Notes under the pieces: model-generated
What the model was told of the DNA's origin: nothing
Databases searched by the model: none
What the model saw: the letters and a program-made list of their open reading frames with translations, nothing else
Shown: positions 28,080-37,939 of the stretch, piece after piece
How positions within the stretch are numbered: position 1 is the stretch's first letter
How the letters are laid out: every line of letters begins with the position of its first letter
Position numbers and translations under genes: made by a program
Sequence record: SRR20825006_1162
Strand: one strand, 5' to 3'
DNA length: 54,755 nt

Positions 28080-30491
28080 ATGTGTTATATTTATTTGAAG
28101 AAGTTGTTTGCCACTGTGTTCGTGCTTGTTTTCGCAGTGGCGCAGCTTTGCGCTCAAGAAGAAGTTCCTGCAAATGCAGTCTATAAGAATGCGCAGGCGC
28201 CAATAGAAGATCGCGTTAATGATCTCGTAGAGCGTATGACTATCGAAGAAAAGGTAGGACAACTCACCACACTTTTGGGATGGAAAATGTACACAAAAAC
28301 CGGTAATTCGGTTAAAGCCAGTGAGGCTTTAAAAGAGGCGATTGCCACTCAAAAAATAGGCGCTCTTTGGGGCGTGATGCGTGCCGATCCCTGGACGCAA
28401 AAAACCTTGTCAAATGGTCTGAATCCGGAACTCGCTGCAAAAGCTACTAACGCCATTCAAAAAGTTGCTGTCGAAGAAAGCCGATTAGGAATCCCCTTAT
28501 TTCTGGCGGAAGAAGCGATGCACGGCCATATGGCTATTGGGACTACCGAATTTCCATCAGCTATCGGTCAGGCGAGTACGTTTAATCCGCAATTGAATAA
28601 AAAAATGGGAGCCGCTGTAGCAAAAGAATTGCGTGCTCAAGGGGCGCACATTGGTTACGGTCCTATTCTGGATCTTGCACGTGAACCACGCTGGTCTCGG
28701 GTTGAAGAGACCTTCGGGGAAGATCCTTATCTAATTTCTGAAATGGGATTGGGCGTTATCGAAGGATTTCAAGGTGAAGGAATAGAAAATCCTGAAAGTG
28801 TAATTTCTACTTTAAAGCATTTTGCTGCTTACGGCGTTTCAGAAGGTGGTCACAACGGCGGCGCGGTGCATATAGGACAACGCGAACTCATGCAAGATTA
28901 TATGTACCCGTTTAAAAAAGCAATCGATGCTGGTGTGCTTTCTGTAATGACGGCGTACAGTTCGGTTGATGGAATTCCGAGTACTTCAAATAAAGCCTTA
29001 CTTACCGGTTTATTGCGCAAGCAATGGGGTTTTGAAGGGTTTGTGGTTTCAGACTTAGCAAGCATCGAAGGTATTAAAGGTGATCATCACGCGGCTGCAA
29101 CTTTTGAGGACGCTGCGGCCTTAGCAATGAACGCCGGTGTAGATGCAGATTTAGGTGGGAATGGTTTTGACGATGAATTGCTCAACGCTTTTAAAAATGG
29201 AAAAGTTTCTGAAGCGCGCTTAGACGAAGCCGTAAAATATGTATTGCGTTTAAAGTTTAAAATGGGCCTTTTTGAAAATCCGTATGTAGAAGAAAAAGCG
29301 CCTAAAAAAGTGGTGCGTAGCGCGGCACATATTGCGATCGCAAAAGAAATGGCGCTGGAAGGCGTGACCTTACTTAAAAATGAGAATGGGTTGCTTCCGC
29401 TTTCTAAGGAGCTTAAAAAAATAGCAGTGATCGGTCCTAACGCAGATATGATGTATAATCAATTAGGCGACTATACTGCACCACAAGAACCCGAATTTAT
29501 CGTGACGCCTCTGGAAGGAATTCGTGTCAAAATGCCAAAGGCTGAAATCACTTATGTAAAAGGAACAGCCATTCGCGATACCACACAAACCGATATTCCT
29601 GCAGCGGTAGCAGCGGCAAAAAATGCTGAAGTCGCTATTGTGGTGCTCGGTGGTTCTAGCGCACGTGATTTTAAAACCGAATACCTAGAGACCGGTGCAG
29701 CGACCGTTTCCTCAAAAGAGGATCAAGTTTTAAGTGATATGGAAAGTGGAGAAGGTTATGACCGTTCTACTTTAGATCTTATGGGGAAACAATTGGAGCT
29801 TTTACAGGCGATAGAAGCGACAGGAACTCCAACAATATTAGTGTTGATTACCGGCAGACCTTTGTTGATCAATTGGCCTGCCAAACACATTCCTGCGATC
29901 ATAGACACGTGGTATCCCGGCTCACAGGGTGGTCACGCGCTGGCAGATGTTTTATTTGGTGATTATAATCCGGCGGGGCGCTTGCCGGTCTCGATCCCAA
30001 AATCAGTGGGGCAATCTCCTGTGTATTATAACCACTGGTGGCCTAATCGCCGTGATTATGTTGAAGAAACTTCGGCACCATTATATGCTTTTGGTCACGG
30101 CCTGAGCTATACCACATTTGACTATTCAGATTTGAAAATTTCGCAAAGCGGAAATGCTGCAAACACAACCATTGAAGTTTCGGTTGATGTGAAAAATATT
30201 GGAGATAGGGATGGAGACGAAGTCGTTCAGCTGTACCTAAGCGATGTGGTGAGTAGCGTGGTCACTCCGGTAAAACAATTACGCGGTTTTGAACGCATTT
30301 ATTTAGCCAAGGGCGAAAGCAAAACAGTGACTTTCATCTTAACGCCTTTAGAATTAGCGCTTTATGACGCTGAAATGAATCACGTAGCAGAAGCCGGGGA
30401 ATTTGAAGTGCAATTAGGAACTTCTTCTCAAGATATTCGGCTTAAAAAACGTTTTGAACTTTCAGAATCTATACAACTTTCAAACAACTAA
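28080..30491 (+). CDS. GH3 beta-glycosidase (beta-glucosidase/beta-xylosidase family)
   Basis: Signal peptide; RLGIPL, EEAMHG, REPRWSRVEETFGEDP, KHFAAYG, VVSD, FGHGLSYT, Fn3 tail; ATG 28080 or TTG 28065. Confidence 0.93.
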   Translation: MCYIYLKKLFATVFVLVFAVAQLCAQEEVPANAVYKNAQAPIEDRVNDLVERMTIEEKVGQLTTLLGWKMYTKTGNSVKASEALKEAIATQKIGALWGVMRADPWTQKTLSNGLNPELAAKATNAIQKVAVEESRLGIPLFLAEEAMHGHMAIGTTEFPSAIGQASTFNPQLNKKMGAAVAKELRAQGAHIGYGPILDLAREPRWSRVEETFGEDPYLISEMGLGVIEGFQGEGIENPESVISTLKHFAAYGVSEGGHNGGAVHIGQRELMQDYMYPFKKAIDAGVLSVMTAYSSVDGIPSTSNKALLTGLLRKQWGFEGFVVSDLASIEGIKGDHHAAATFEDAAALAMNAGVDADLGGNGFDDELLNAFKNGKVSEARLDEAVKYVLRLKFKMGLFENPYVEEKAPKKVVRSAAHIAIAKEMALEGVTLLKNENGLLPLSKELKKIAVIGPNADMMYNQLGDYTAPQEPEFIVTPLEGIRVKMPKAEITYVKGTAIRDTTQTDIPAAVAAAKNAEVAIVVLGGSSARDFKTEYLETGAATVSSKEDQVLSDMESGEGYDRSTLDLMGKQLELLQAIEATGTPTILVLITGRPLLINWPAKHIPAIIDTWYPGSQGGHALADVLFGDYNPAGRLPVSIPKSVGQSPVYYNHWWPNRRDYVEETSAPLYAFGHGLSYTTFDYSDLKISQSGNAANTTIEVSVDVKNIGDRDGDEVVQLYLSDVVSSVVTPVKQLRGFERIYLAKGESKTVTFILTPLELALYDAEMNHVAEAGEFEVQLGTSSQDIRLKKRFELSESIQLSNN

Positions 30492-30499
30492 CGATACTT

Positions 30500-31951
30500 A
30501 TGCGAGACCTTTCATACTCTAAGTTTTTTTATGTTTTAGCTGTGCTGCTGTGCTCCCTAGCCGGCAGCAACAGCTTATTTGCTCAAGGCGGCAACTTGCA
30601 CGAGCAATCCAAAATATATCAAGCACCTATCGACCCTCAGGTAAAGGAAAAACTTGCCGTTTGGGGAGATCAAAAGTTTGGGATGCTCATTCACTGGGGC
30701 GTGTATGCAGTTCCCGGGATTATCGAGAGCTGGCAAATTTGCTCTGAGCCTTGGCTGGAGCGTCCTGAAGGAATCTCATACAACGATTATAAAAAATGGT
30801 ATTGGAATCTGAGTTCGGTTTTCAATCCTGTGAATTTTGATCCGGATCAATGGGCCGAGGCTGCAGCTGATGCCGGAATGAAATATGTGGTTTTTACTAC
30901 GAAGCACCACGACGGTTTCAATATGTTTGATACCCAGCAAACCGATTATAAAATCACCAACGGACCTTTCAAAAACCATCCAAAAGCCAATGTCGCCAAA
31001 TATGTATTTGAGGCATTTAGAAAGAAAGATTTTATGATCGGCGCTTATTTTTCTAAACCAGACTGGCATTCGCAAGATTTCTGGTGGGATAAATATGCAA
31101 CACCAGACCGTAATGTGAATTATGACATCAGAAAGTATCCTGAAAAATGGAAAAGCTTTCAGGATTTCACATTCAACCAGATCAGTGAGTTGATGCACGA
31201 TTATGGGTCTATAGACATTTTATGGTTAGATGGTGGCTGGGTACGCCCGCGTGAGACTGTAACCGATGAAGTGCGCGCTTGGGGAGCTCCAATTCCAGAA
31301 TTCAGTCAGGAGATCGATATGCCACGCATCGCAAAAATGGCACGCGAAGCACAGCCGGGAATCATCTTTGCAGACCGTACCGTTCACGGACCTTACGAGA
31401 ACTATCAAACTCCTGAGCGTTCGATCCCGGAAACCAAACTAGATCATCCTTGGGAAACCAATATGACCTTAGGAAATAACTGGGGGTATGTGCCTAATGA
31501 CAACTTTAAAACTTCGGCAAAGGTGATTCATAGTTTAGTTGAAGTGGTAGCCAAAGGTGGAAATATGCTATTAGGAGTGGGCCCACAACCAGACGGTTTG
31601 TTACCTCCTGATGCACTACCTATTCTCACTGAAATAGGAGATTGGTTAGATACAAACGGTGAGGCAATTTACGGTACCCATGCAATTGACAATTATCACA
31701 GTGAGGCAACGTATTTTACGGCAAACGACAAAAATACATTTGCAATTACGCTACTAACTGAAGGCGAAGAAGTGCCCCAAAAAATTAGCTGGTCTGGTAA
31801 CCTGCCTAAGAAGGGAAGCAGCCTTAAACTGGTAAGTACCGGAAAAAAATTAAACTATACGATTAAAGAAGATGTGGTTACGGTGCAGCTTCCTGCTTCG
31901 GTAAGAAACGCCGCAAAAGCAGCGCTTGCATTTTCTTATAAATCAGAATAA
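30500..31951 (+). CDS. GH29 alpha-L-fucosidase
   Basis: KFGMLIHWG, TKHHDGF, LWLDGG, GGNMLLGVGP; signal peptide. Confidence 0.93.
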   Translation: MRDLSYSKFFYVLAVLLCSLAGSNSLFAQGGNLHEQSKIYQAPIDPQVKEKLAVWGDQKFGMLIHWGVYAVPGIIESWQICSEPWLERPEGISYNDYKKWYWNLSSVFNPVNFDPDQWAEAAADAGMKYVVFTTKHHDGFNMFDTQQTDYKITNGPFKNHPKANVAKYVFEAFRKKDFMIGAYFSKPDWHSQDFWWDKYATPDRNVNYDIRKYPEKWKSFQDFTFNQISELMHDYGSIDILWLDGGWVRPRETVTDEVRAWGAPIPEFSQEIDMPRIAKMAREAQPGIIFADRTVHGPYENYQTPERSIPETKLDHPWETNMTLGNNWGYVPNDNFKTSAKVIHSLVEVVAKGGNMLLGVGPQPDGLLPPDALPILTEIGDWLDTNGEAIYGTHAIDNYHSEATYFTANDKNTFAITLLTEGEEVPQKISWSGNLPKKGSSLKLVSTGKKLNYTIKEDVVTVQLPASVRNAAKAALAFSYKSE

Positions 31952-31960
31952 ACGCTTTGT

Positions 31961-33412
31961 ATGAATAGATTCTATATTCCTTTTTTAAGTTTTTTATTGT
32001 GCGGTCTTGTGGCCTGCGAATCTTCAAATGATGGTGTCCCTGGGCCTTATGGTGCAGTGCCTTCAGAAGATCAACTCGCTTGGTATGATATGGAAATGAA
32101 TGCGTTTATTCATTTTACCATAAACACCTTTACCGATAAAGAATGGGGTTATGGAGATGAATCTCCAGAGCTTTTTAATCCGTCTGAATTGGACACTGAT
32201 CAGTGGATGTCTGTTTTGGAAGAAACCGGCTTCAGCGGAACCATTCTAACTGCAAAACACCACGATGGTTTTGCTTTGTGGCCTTCAGCATACACAGAGC
32301 ATGATATAGCTTCGAGTCCGTATAAAGATGGAAAAGGAGATTTAGTGAAAGAAGTTGCAGAAGCTGCTAAAGCGCACGGTTTGGAGTTTGGGGTTTATTT
32401 ATCGCCTTGGGATCGTAATCGTGCCGATTATGGTGAGGAATCTTATATCACGTATTACCGCAATCAACTTAAGGAATTATTCACCGGTTACGGATCTGTT
32501 TTTGAAATGTGGTTTGACGGTGCTAACGGAGGCGATGGCTACTATGGCGGCGCTAATGAAGAGCGCAAGATCGATCGTCAAAATTATTATGATTGGCCCA
32601 CAACGTTGAAAATGGTTGACTCGATGCAGCCCCCTGTGTTATTTTTTAGCGATGCAGGACCAGATTTGCGATGGGTAGGAAATGAGCGCGGAATTGGAGG
32701 AGAAACCCATTGGAACACTATTACTACAGATACGCTTTATGCCGGTAAAGCGGGAATTGAAGAGCTCTTGCAAAGCGGAACCAAAAACGGAAAAAGCTGG
32801 ATTCCGGCAGAGGTGAATACGTCAATTCGTCCAGGCTGGTTTTATCACGCTTCAGAAGATTCACTGGTGCGCTCTCCAGAAAATTTATTTGAATTGTATC
32901 TGACTTCGGTAGGTCGCGGTTCAACCTTATTATTGAATATTCCGCCAGACCGTCGCGGTTTATTTCACGAGAATGATGTGGCGTCACTTCGTGGATTCAG
33001 AAAAATATTAGACAGCGTTTTTGCTAAAAATTTAGCCGAAAAAGCCACTGCTACCGCAACTCCTGTGCGTGGCGATAAGCCAGTTTATGCTGCAGACAAA
33101 GTGCTTGATGGCGATGCAGAAACTTATTGGGCAACAAATGACGGTGTAACTACCGGAAGCATCGAACTGAGTTGGGAAGCGCCGCAAACACTGAATTATA
33201 TTTCGCTTCAAGAGTATATTAAACTAGGTCAGCGCGTGGCTGCATTTACAGTTTCGGTTTGGGAAGATGGTGCCTGGAGAGAAGCGCAAAACCAAACGAC
33301 GATTGGGCATAAACGCATTCTGAAATTAAACGGAGTGGAAACTTCAAAACTTAAAATCGAGATCACCCAAGCTTTAGCCTGCCCATTGATCTCTAACATC
33401 GAAGTATACTAG
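31961..33412 (+). CDS. GH29 alpha-L-fucosidase (alpha-1,3/4-like group) lipoprotein with F5/8-type C-terminal domain
   Basis: LVAC lipobox; AKHHDGF, VYLSPWD, WFDGA, RWVGNE, SIRPGWFYH, SVGR. Confidence 0.92.
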   Translation: MNRFYIPFLSFLLCGLVACESSNDGVPGPYGAVPSEDQLAWYDMEMNAFIHFTINTFTDKEWGYGDESPELFNPSELDTDQWMSVLEETGFSGTILTAKHHDGFALWPSAYTEHDIASSPYKDGKGDLVKEVAEAAKAHGLEFGVYLSPWDRNRADYGEESYITYYRNQLKELFTGYGSVFEMWFDGANGGDGYYGGANEERKIDRQNYYDWPTTLKMVDSMQPPVLFFSDAGPDLRWVGNERGIGGETHWNTITTDTLYAGKAGIEELLQSGTKNGKSWIPAEVNTSIRPGWFYHASEDSLVRSPENLFELYLTSVGRGSTLLLNIPPDRRGLFHENDVASLRGFRKILDSVFAKNLAEKATATATPVRGDKPVYAADKVLDGDAETYWATNDGVTTGSIELSWEAPQTLNYISLQEYIKLGQRVAAFTVSVWEDGAWREAQNQTTIGHKRILKLNGVETSKLKIEITQALACPLISNIEVY

Positions 33413-33417
33413 ATTCT

Positions 33418-35280
33418 ATGCAAGTTGTACGAATAAACTTTTTCGCTTTAGTCCTAATTATGCTGAGTTTTGGCTTTGCTCAAGCTCAGGATGATGCCCC
33501 ATTCAAAATAGAAAATGGCTCTTTTGTGTACAATGGAAAGCCAACACCTATTTACTCCGGCGAGATGCATTACGAGCGTATTCCAAAGGAATATTGGCGT
33601 CATCGCATTCAGATGATGAAAGCGATGGGTTTGAATACCATCGCAACATATGTATTCTGGAATTACCACAATCCTGCGCCCGGAGTTTGGGATTTTAAAA
33701 CCGGAAACCGAAACGTAGCCGAGTTTATTAAAATCGCACAGGAAGAAGAGATGTTTGTCATTTTACGCCCGGGACCCTATGCTTGTGGTGAGTGGGAATT
33801 TGGCGGATATCCTTGGTTTTTGCAAAGTATTCCGGGGCTTAAAGTGCGTGAGAACAATGCACAATTTTTAGCAGCTTGTAAAGAATACATCAACGAACTC
33901 GCTAAACAAGTAGCGCCTTTGCAGGTTAATAATGGTGGAAACATCATTATGACGCAGGTAGAGAATGAATTTGGTTCGTATGTGGCTCAGCGGGAAGATA
34001 TCGCTCCTGAAGATCATGAAGCATATAAAGAAGCTATTTTCAAAATGCTGAAAGATGCCGGTTTTCAGGCACCATTTTTCACTTCTGATGGTGCGTGGCT
34101 CTTTGAAGGCGGAAGTCTTGAAGGTGTATTACCTACAGCTAATGGAGAAGGAAATATCGATAACCTGAAAAAGGTGGTCAATAAATTCAATAACAACGAA
34201 GGACCGTATATGGTTGCCGAGTTTTATCCCGGTTGGTTAGATCATTGGGCAGAGCCTTTTGTGAAAATTAGCGCTTCAGATATTGCAAAACAAACTGAGG
34301 TGTATCTTAAAAACGGTGTGAATTTCAATTTTTATATGGCGCACGGCGGAACCAATTTCGGTTTTACCTCGGGAGCCAATTATAATGATGAGCATGATAT
34401 TCAGCCGGATATTACCAGCTACGATTATGATGCGCCTATTTCTGAAGCAGGTTGGGCAACTCCTAAATATGACAGTATTCGTGCATTGATGCAAAAATAT
34501 GCGCCGTATGAGATCCCGGAGGTGCCGGAGCAAATTCCTGTTATTGAAATTCCGCAGATTCAATTGGCAAAAACAACGGATGCGCTTACGTATATCAAAA
34601 AGCAAAAGCCGGTGACGAGTGATAGTCCGCTTACATTTGAGCAACTCGAGCAAGGTTATGGTTATGTGCTGTATAAAAAACGCTTTACGCAGCCTATCAA
34701 CGGAACGCTTAAAGTGCCCGGGCTACGCGATTTTGCAACCGTTTATGTGAATGGTAAAAAAGTAGGCGAACTCAACCGCGTCTTCAACTCGTATGAAATG
34801 CCGATTAAAATTCCATTTAATGGGAGTTTAGAGATCTTGGTAGAAAATATGGGCCGTATCAATTATGGAGCAGAGATCGTAAATAATCTTAAAGGAATTA
34901 TCGCTCCCGTGAGCATCAACGATTATGAGATTACCGGAGGTTGGGAAATGTATAAAGCGCCTTTTTCTGAAGTACCGGAAGTGGAGAATTCAACGGAAGT
35001 AAAAACAGGAAGACCTGTTGTCTATTCAGGAAATTTCGATATGAAAAAGCAAGGAGATACCTTTCTTAATATGAGCAAAATGGGTAAAGGAATCGTTTTT
35101 GTAAACGGACATAATTTAGGTCGCTATTGGAAAGTAGGTCCACAACAAACACTTTACGTTCCGGGGTGTTGGTTGAAGAAAAAGGACAATACCATTACCA
35201 TTTTTGAACAACTGAATGACGTTGCAACGACTTCTATTTCCGCACAAAAAACACCGATTCTCGAGGATCTTAAAAATTAA
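33418..35280 (+). CDS. GH35 beta-galactosidase
   Basis: SGEMHY, LRPGPYACGEW, QVENEFG, EFYPGWLDHW, TSYDYDAP, GPQQTLYVP. Confidence 0.95.
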   Translation: MQVVRINFFALVLIMLSFGFAQAQDDAPFKIENGSFVYNGKPTPIYSGEMHYERIPKEYWRHRIQMMKAMGLNTIATYVFWNYHNPAPGVWDFKTGNRNVAEFIKIAQEEEMFVILRPGPYACGEWEFGGYPWFLQSIPGLKVRENNAQFLAACKEYINELAKQVAPLQVNNGGNIIMTQVENEFGSYVAQREDIAPEDHEAYKEAIFKMLKDAGFQAPFFTSDGAWLFEGGSLEGVLPTANGEGNIDNLKKVVNKFNNNEGPYMVAEFYPGWLDHWAEPFVKISASDIAKQTEVYLKNGVNFNFYMAHGGTNFGFTSGANYNDEHDIQPDITSYDYDAPISEAGWATPKYDSIRALMQKYAPYEIPEVPEQIPVIEIPQIQLAKTTDALTYIKKQKPVTSDSPLTFEQLEQGYGYVLYKKRFTQPINGTLKVPGLRDFATVYVNGKKVGELNRVFNSYEMPIKIPFNGSLEILVENMGRINYGAEIVNNLKGIIAPVSINDYEITGGWEMYKAPFSEVPEVENSTEVKTGRPVVYSGNFDMKKQGDTFLNMSKMGKGIVFVNGHNLGRYWKVGPQQTLYVPGCWLKKKDNTITIFEQLNDVATTSISAQKTPILEDLKN

Positions 35281-35291
35281 ACAAAGCCCCT

Positions 35292-35927
35292 ATGTCAAAA
35301 AAATATATCAAAGAAGCTTGCGTAGAAAGCCTAGCTCAGGCCATTAAAGCCGAAGAAAAAGGAGCAGACCGCTTGGAGCTTTGTGCTTACCTTGCTTTTG
35401 ACGGATTAACGCCGGCTCCAGATCTAATTTCTGATGTGATCAAAGCGGTTAAGGTCCCGGTACGCGTGATGATCAGGCCGCGTAATGGCGACTTTAATTA
35501 CAATGAAGAAGAGCTTGAACATATGAAAGCCTGCATAGCATTTTGTAAGAAAGAAGGCGCTGAGGGTGTAGTTTTTGGCGTTTTAAACGAATCTAAGAAA
35601 CTCAATATTGAGGCTATTAAAATGCTTACTAAAGCAGCAAAGCCTTTAAAAGTGGTGATTCATAAAGCCATTGATGCAACACCAGATATTGACGCAGCTT
35701 TAAAAGAGCTTTTGCAGGTTGAAGGTGTAGATACTTTACTCACTTCTGGAGGGAAATCTAATGCGTTTGATGGAGCGGAAAATTTAAACCGACTAATAAC
35801 AATGGCGGGAAATAAACTAGAGATTATGCCTGCCGGAAAAATCACTCAATTCAATTTAACCGAACTTCATCATCTCGTGGAAGCAGAAGCGTATCACGGA
35901 AGATTGATCGTTGGAGAATTAGCCTAA
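35292..35927 (+). CDS. cutC: CutC family TIM-barrel protein
   Basis: GADRLELC, GLTP, VMIRPRNGDF, HKAID, LLTSGG. Confidence 0.9.
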   Translation: MSKKYIKEACVESLAQAIKAEEKGADRLELCAYLAFDGLTPAPDLISDVIKAVKVPVRVMIRPRNGDFNYNEEELEHMKACIAFCKKEGAEGVVFGVLNESKKLNIEAIKMLTKAAKPLKVVIHKAIDATPDIDAALKELLQVEGVDTLLTSGGKSNAFDGAENLNRLITMAGNKLEIMPAGKITQFNLTELHHLVEAEAYHGRLIVGELA

Positions 35928-35930
35928 CCA

Positions 35931-36986
35931 ATGCAATTAGAAAAGATCAAAGCACACGTAGTCGTTTTAGTTTTAGGTGTGTTTACTGCGTGTCAAACGA
36001 GCGAATCGCCTAAATTAAGTATCGTACAAGAAGGGTATATTTATGAGGAAGCGCCTTTTCCGCAGTGTCACGCTTCAACCTTGGTTGAGGCCCAGGACGG
36101 AAGTATTACCGCGGCTTGGTTTGGTGGGGAATACGAGCGGCATCCTGATGTAAGTATCTATCAAAGTAAACTTACAGATACCGTTTGGTCAACACCGCAA
36201 AAAATCGCTGACGGTAAGGTAGAAAACGATACGCTAAGTTATCCCACGTGGAATCCCGTGCTTTTCAAAAATGCCGAAAATACATTGATGCTGTATTATA
36301 AAGAAGGTCCGTCGCCATCTACCTGGTGGGGGAAATTCAAAACTTCTGAAGATAACGGCGCTTCGTGGTCAGCAGCAGAGCAATTACCCGATGGGATTTT
36401 AGGTCCTATCAAGAATAAGCCTATTCAACTTGCAAACGGAAGTATTGTAAGTCCGTCTAGCGTTGAGTCGGAAGATGGTGCAGTTTGGACATCGCATATT
36501 GAATTATCAAGCGATAACGGCTATACTTGGGAGCGTGTTGGAATTCCTTCAGCAGATACGGTTAAAGTCATTCAGCCTACTTTGATTCAGCTTAAAAATG
36601 GAAAGCTGAAAGCTTTATTACGCAGCGATCAGAATTATATTTTAGAAAGTGAAAGTTCAGATCAAGGAAAAACCTGGTCTGAAGCTACTAAGGGAACGAT
36701 GCTTAATCCCAATAGTGGGATTGATGCGGTTACGCTTGAGAGTGGGAATTTTCTTTTAGTTTACAATCCTACCGAAGCCGGAGCTGATTGGTCAGACGGG
36801 CGCAATAAACTCAATCTGGCGTACAGTACAGACGGTTCGCATTGGGAAGATGTGTTGCAGTTAGAAAATGAGGCTGAAGGCGAATTTAGCTATCCTGCGA
36901 TCATTCAAGATTCAGAAGGTTTGGTGCATATTACATACACGCATAACCGATCAAAAATAAAATACCTGCAACTTAAGATGGAGTAA
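35931..36986 (+). CDS. BNR/Asp-box beta-propeller (sialidase-like fold) lipoprotein
   Basis: FTAC lipobox; HASTL; Asp-boxes SEDNGASW, SSDNGYTW, SSDQGKTW, STDGSHW; FSYP; no FRIP motif seen. Confidence 0.82.
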   Translation: MQLEKIKAHVVVLVLGVFTACQTSESPKLSIVQEGYIYEEAPFPQCHASTLVEAQDGSITAAWFGGEYERHPDVSIYQSKLTDTVWSTPQKIADGKVENDTLSYPTWNPVLFKNAENTLMLYYKEGPSPSTWWGKFKTSEDNGASWSAAEQLPDGILGPIKNKPIQLANGSIVSPSSVESEDGAVWTSHIELSSDNGYTWERVGIPSADTVKVIQPTLIQLKNGKLKALLRSDQNYILESESSDQGKTWSEATKGTMLNPNSGIDAVTLESGNFLLVYNPTEAGADWSDGRNKLNLAYSTDGSHWEDVLQLENEAEGEFSYPAIIQDSEGLVHITYTHNRSKIKYLQLKME

Positions 36987-36987
36987 T

Positions 36988-37740
36988 CTATACTAAGGTT
37001 AGTTTAATTCCCATCTCACGAATACGCTCTGCATCTGCGGCAGATAGGTCTTTGTCCGTAATGATCTCGCTAATTTCATCAAGTTCGCAGATCTTAGCTA
37101 AACTGCGTTTTCCAAATTTTGAAGAATCTGCCAGAATGATGGTTTTTTGCGCGGCTTCCATCATTTTTTTATTTAAGATCGCCTCTTCAATGTTAGTGGT
37201 AGTGCAGCCAAAATCGAGATCAATCCCATCAACTCCCATAAAAAATTGATGAGAAGAAATGTGTTGCAAAATATGCTCTGCATAATGCCCCGTAACCGAA
37301 CCGGAACGATGGCGAATGTTTCCGCCCAATTGAATAATATCAATATCGCGATGTTTCATCAACTCAATCGCAACGAGAAGCGAAGAGGTGATTACATTGA
37401 GTTTGCCAATGGGTTTAATCGCTTTCGCTAGCTGTTGTACGGTGGTTCCGCTTGCGATAATAATAGAATCGTTTTCCTGAATGCGTTGAGCAGCCGCTTC
37501 TGCTATGAGCGATTTTTCTTCGGCAGATATTGAAGCTTTTTCGCTTACGTCGCGCTCATTCATATAAGGATTTTCTAAAGAGGCACCACCATGTGTTCTA
37601 AAAAGCAAGCCTTTATCTTCCAGAAGTTTCAAATCTTTTCTTATGGTTACGGCTGAGACATCGAGTCGCTCACAAAGGGTCGCAACTTTAACATGTTTCT
37701 CTTTTTTTAAAAGATCTAAAATTTCCTGATGACGTTCCAT
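36988..37740 (-). CDS. DeoR/GlpR/AgaR family transcriptional regulator
   Basis: VSAVTIRKDL HTH, RTHGGA, SGTT, ADSSKFG; ATG 37740 (alt 37761). Confidence 0.93.
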   Translation of the reverse strand: MERHQEILDLLKKEKHVKVATLCERLDVSAVTIRKDLKLLEDKGLLFRTHGGASLENPYMNERDVSEKASISAEEKSLIAEAAAQRIQENDSIIIASGTTVQQLAKAIKPIGKLNVITSSLLVAIELMKHRDIDIIQLGGNIRHRSGSVTGHYAEHILQHISSHQFFMGVDGIDLDFGCTTTNIEEAILNKKMMEAAQKTIILADSSKFGKRSLAKICELDEISEIITDKDLSAADAERIREMGIKLTLV

Positions 37741-37771
37741 TACTATAAGGTTTGAGTGCATAAAAGCACTA

Positions 37772-37908
37772 CAAATATAAGGTCTTAAAGCGTTTTTAAA
37801 AATGCTTTCTTTTAGTTTCGTTTTTAATCGTTATTGTGTATTTTAACAATTTAAACGAAACTTTAACTTTCAAATGAAATCGTTTTAGTGTCATTTTATA
37901 TATATTTG
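37772..37908. promoter_or_regulatory. Divergent promoters for DeoR gene and glp operon with candidate DeoR sites
   Basis: TATATTTG boxes at 37772-37779 (-) and 37901-37908 (+); TTTCNTTT repeats at 37806, 37816 (+) and 37853, 37872 (-). Confidence 0.6.
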
Positions 37909-37939
37909 GCAACATAAAGAAAAATTAAGAAACCAAACG

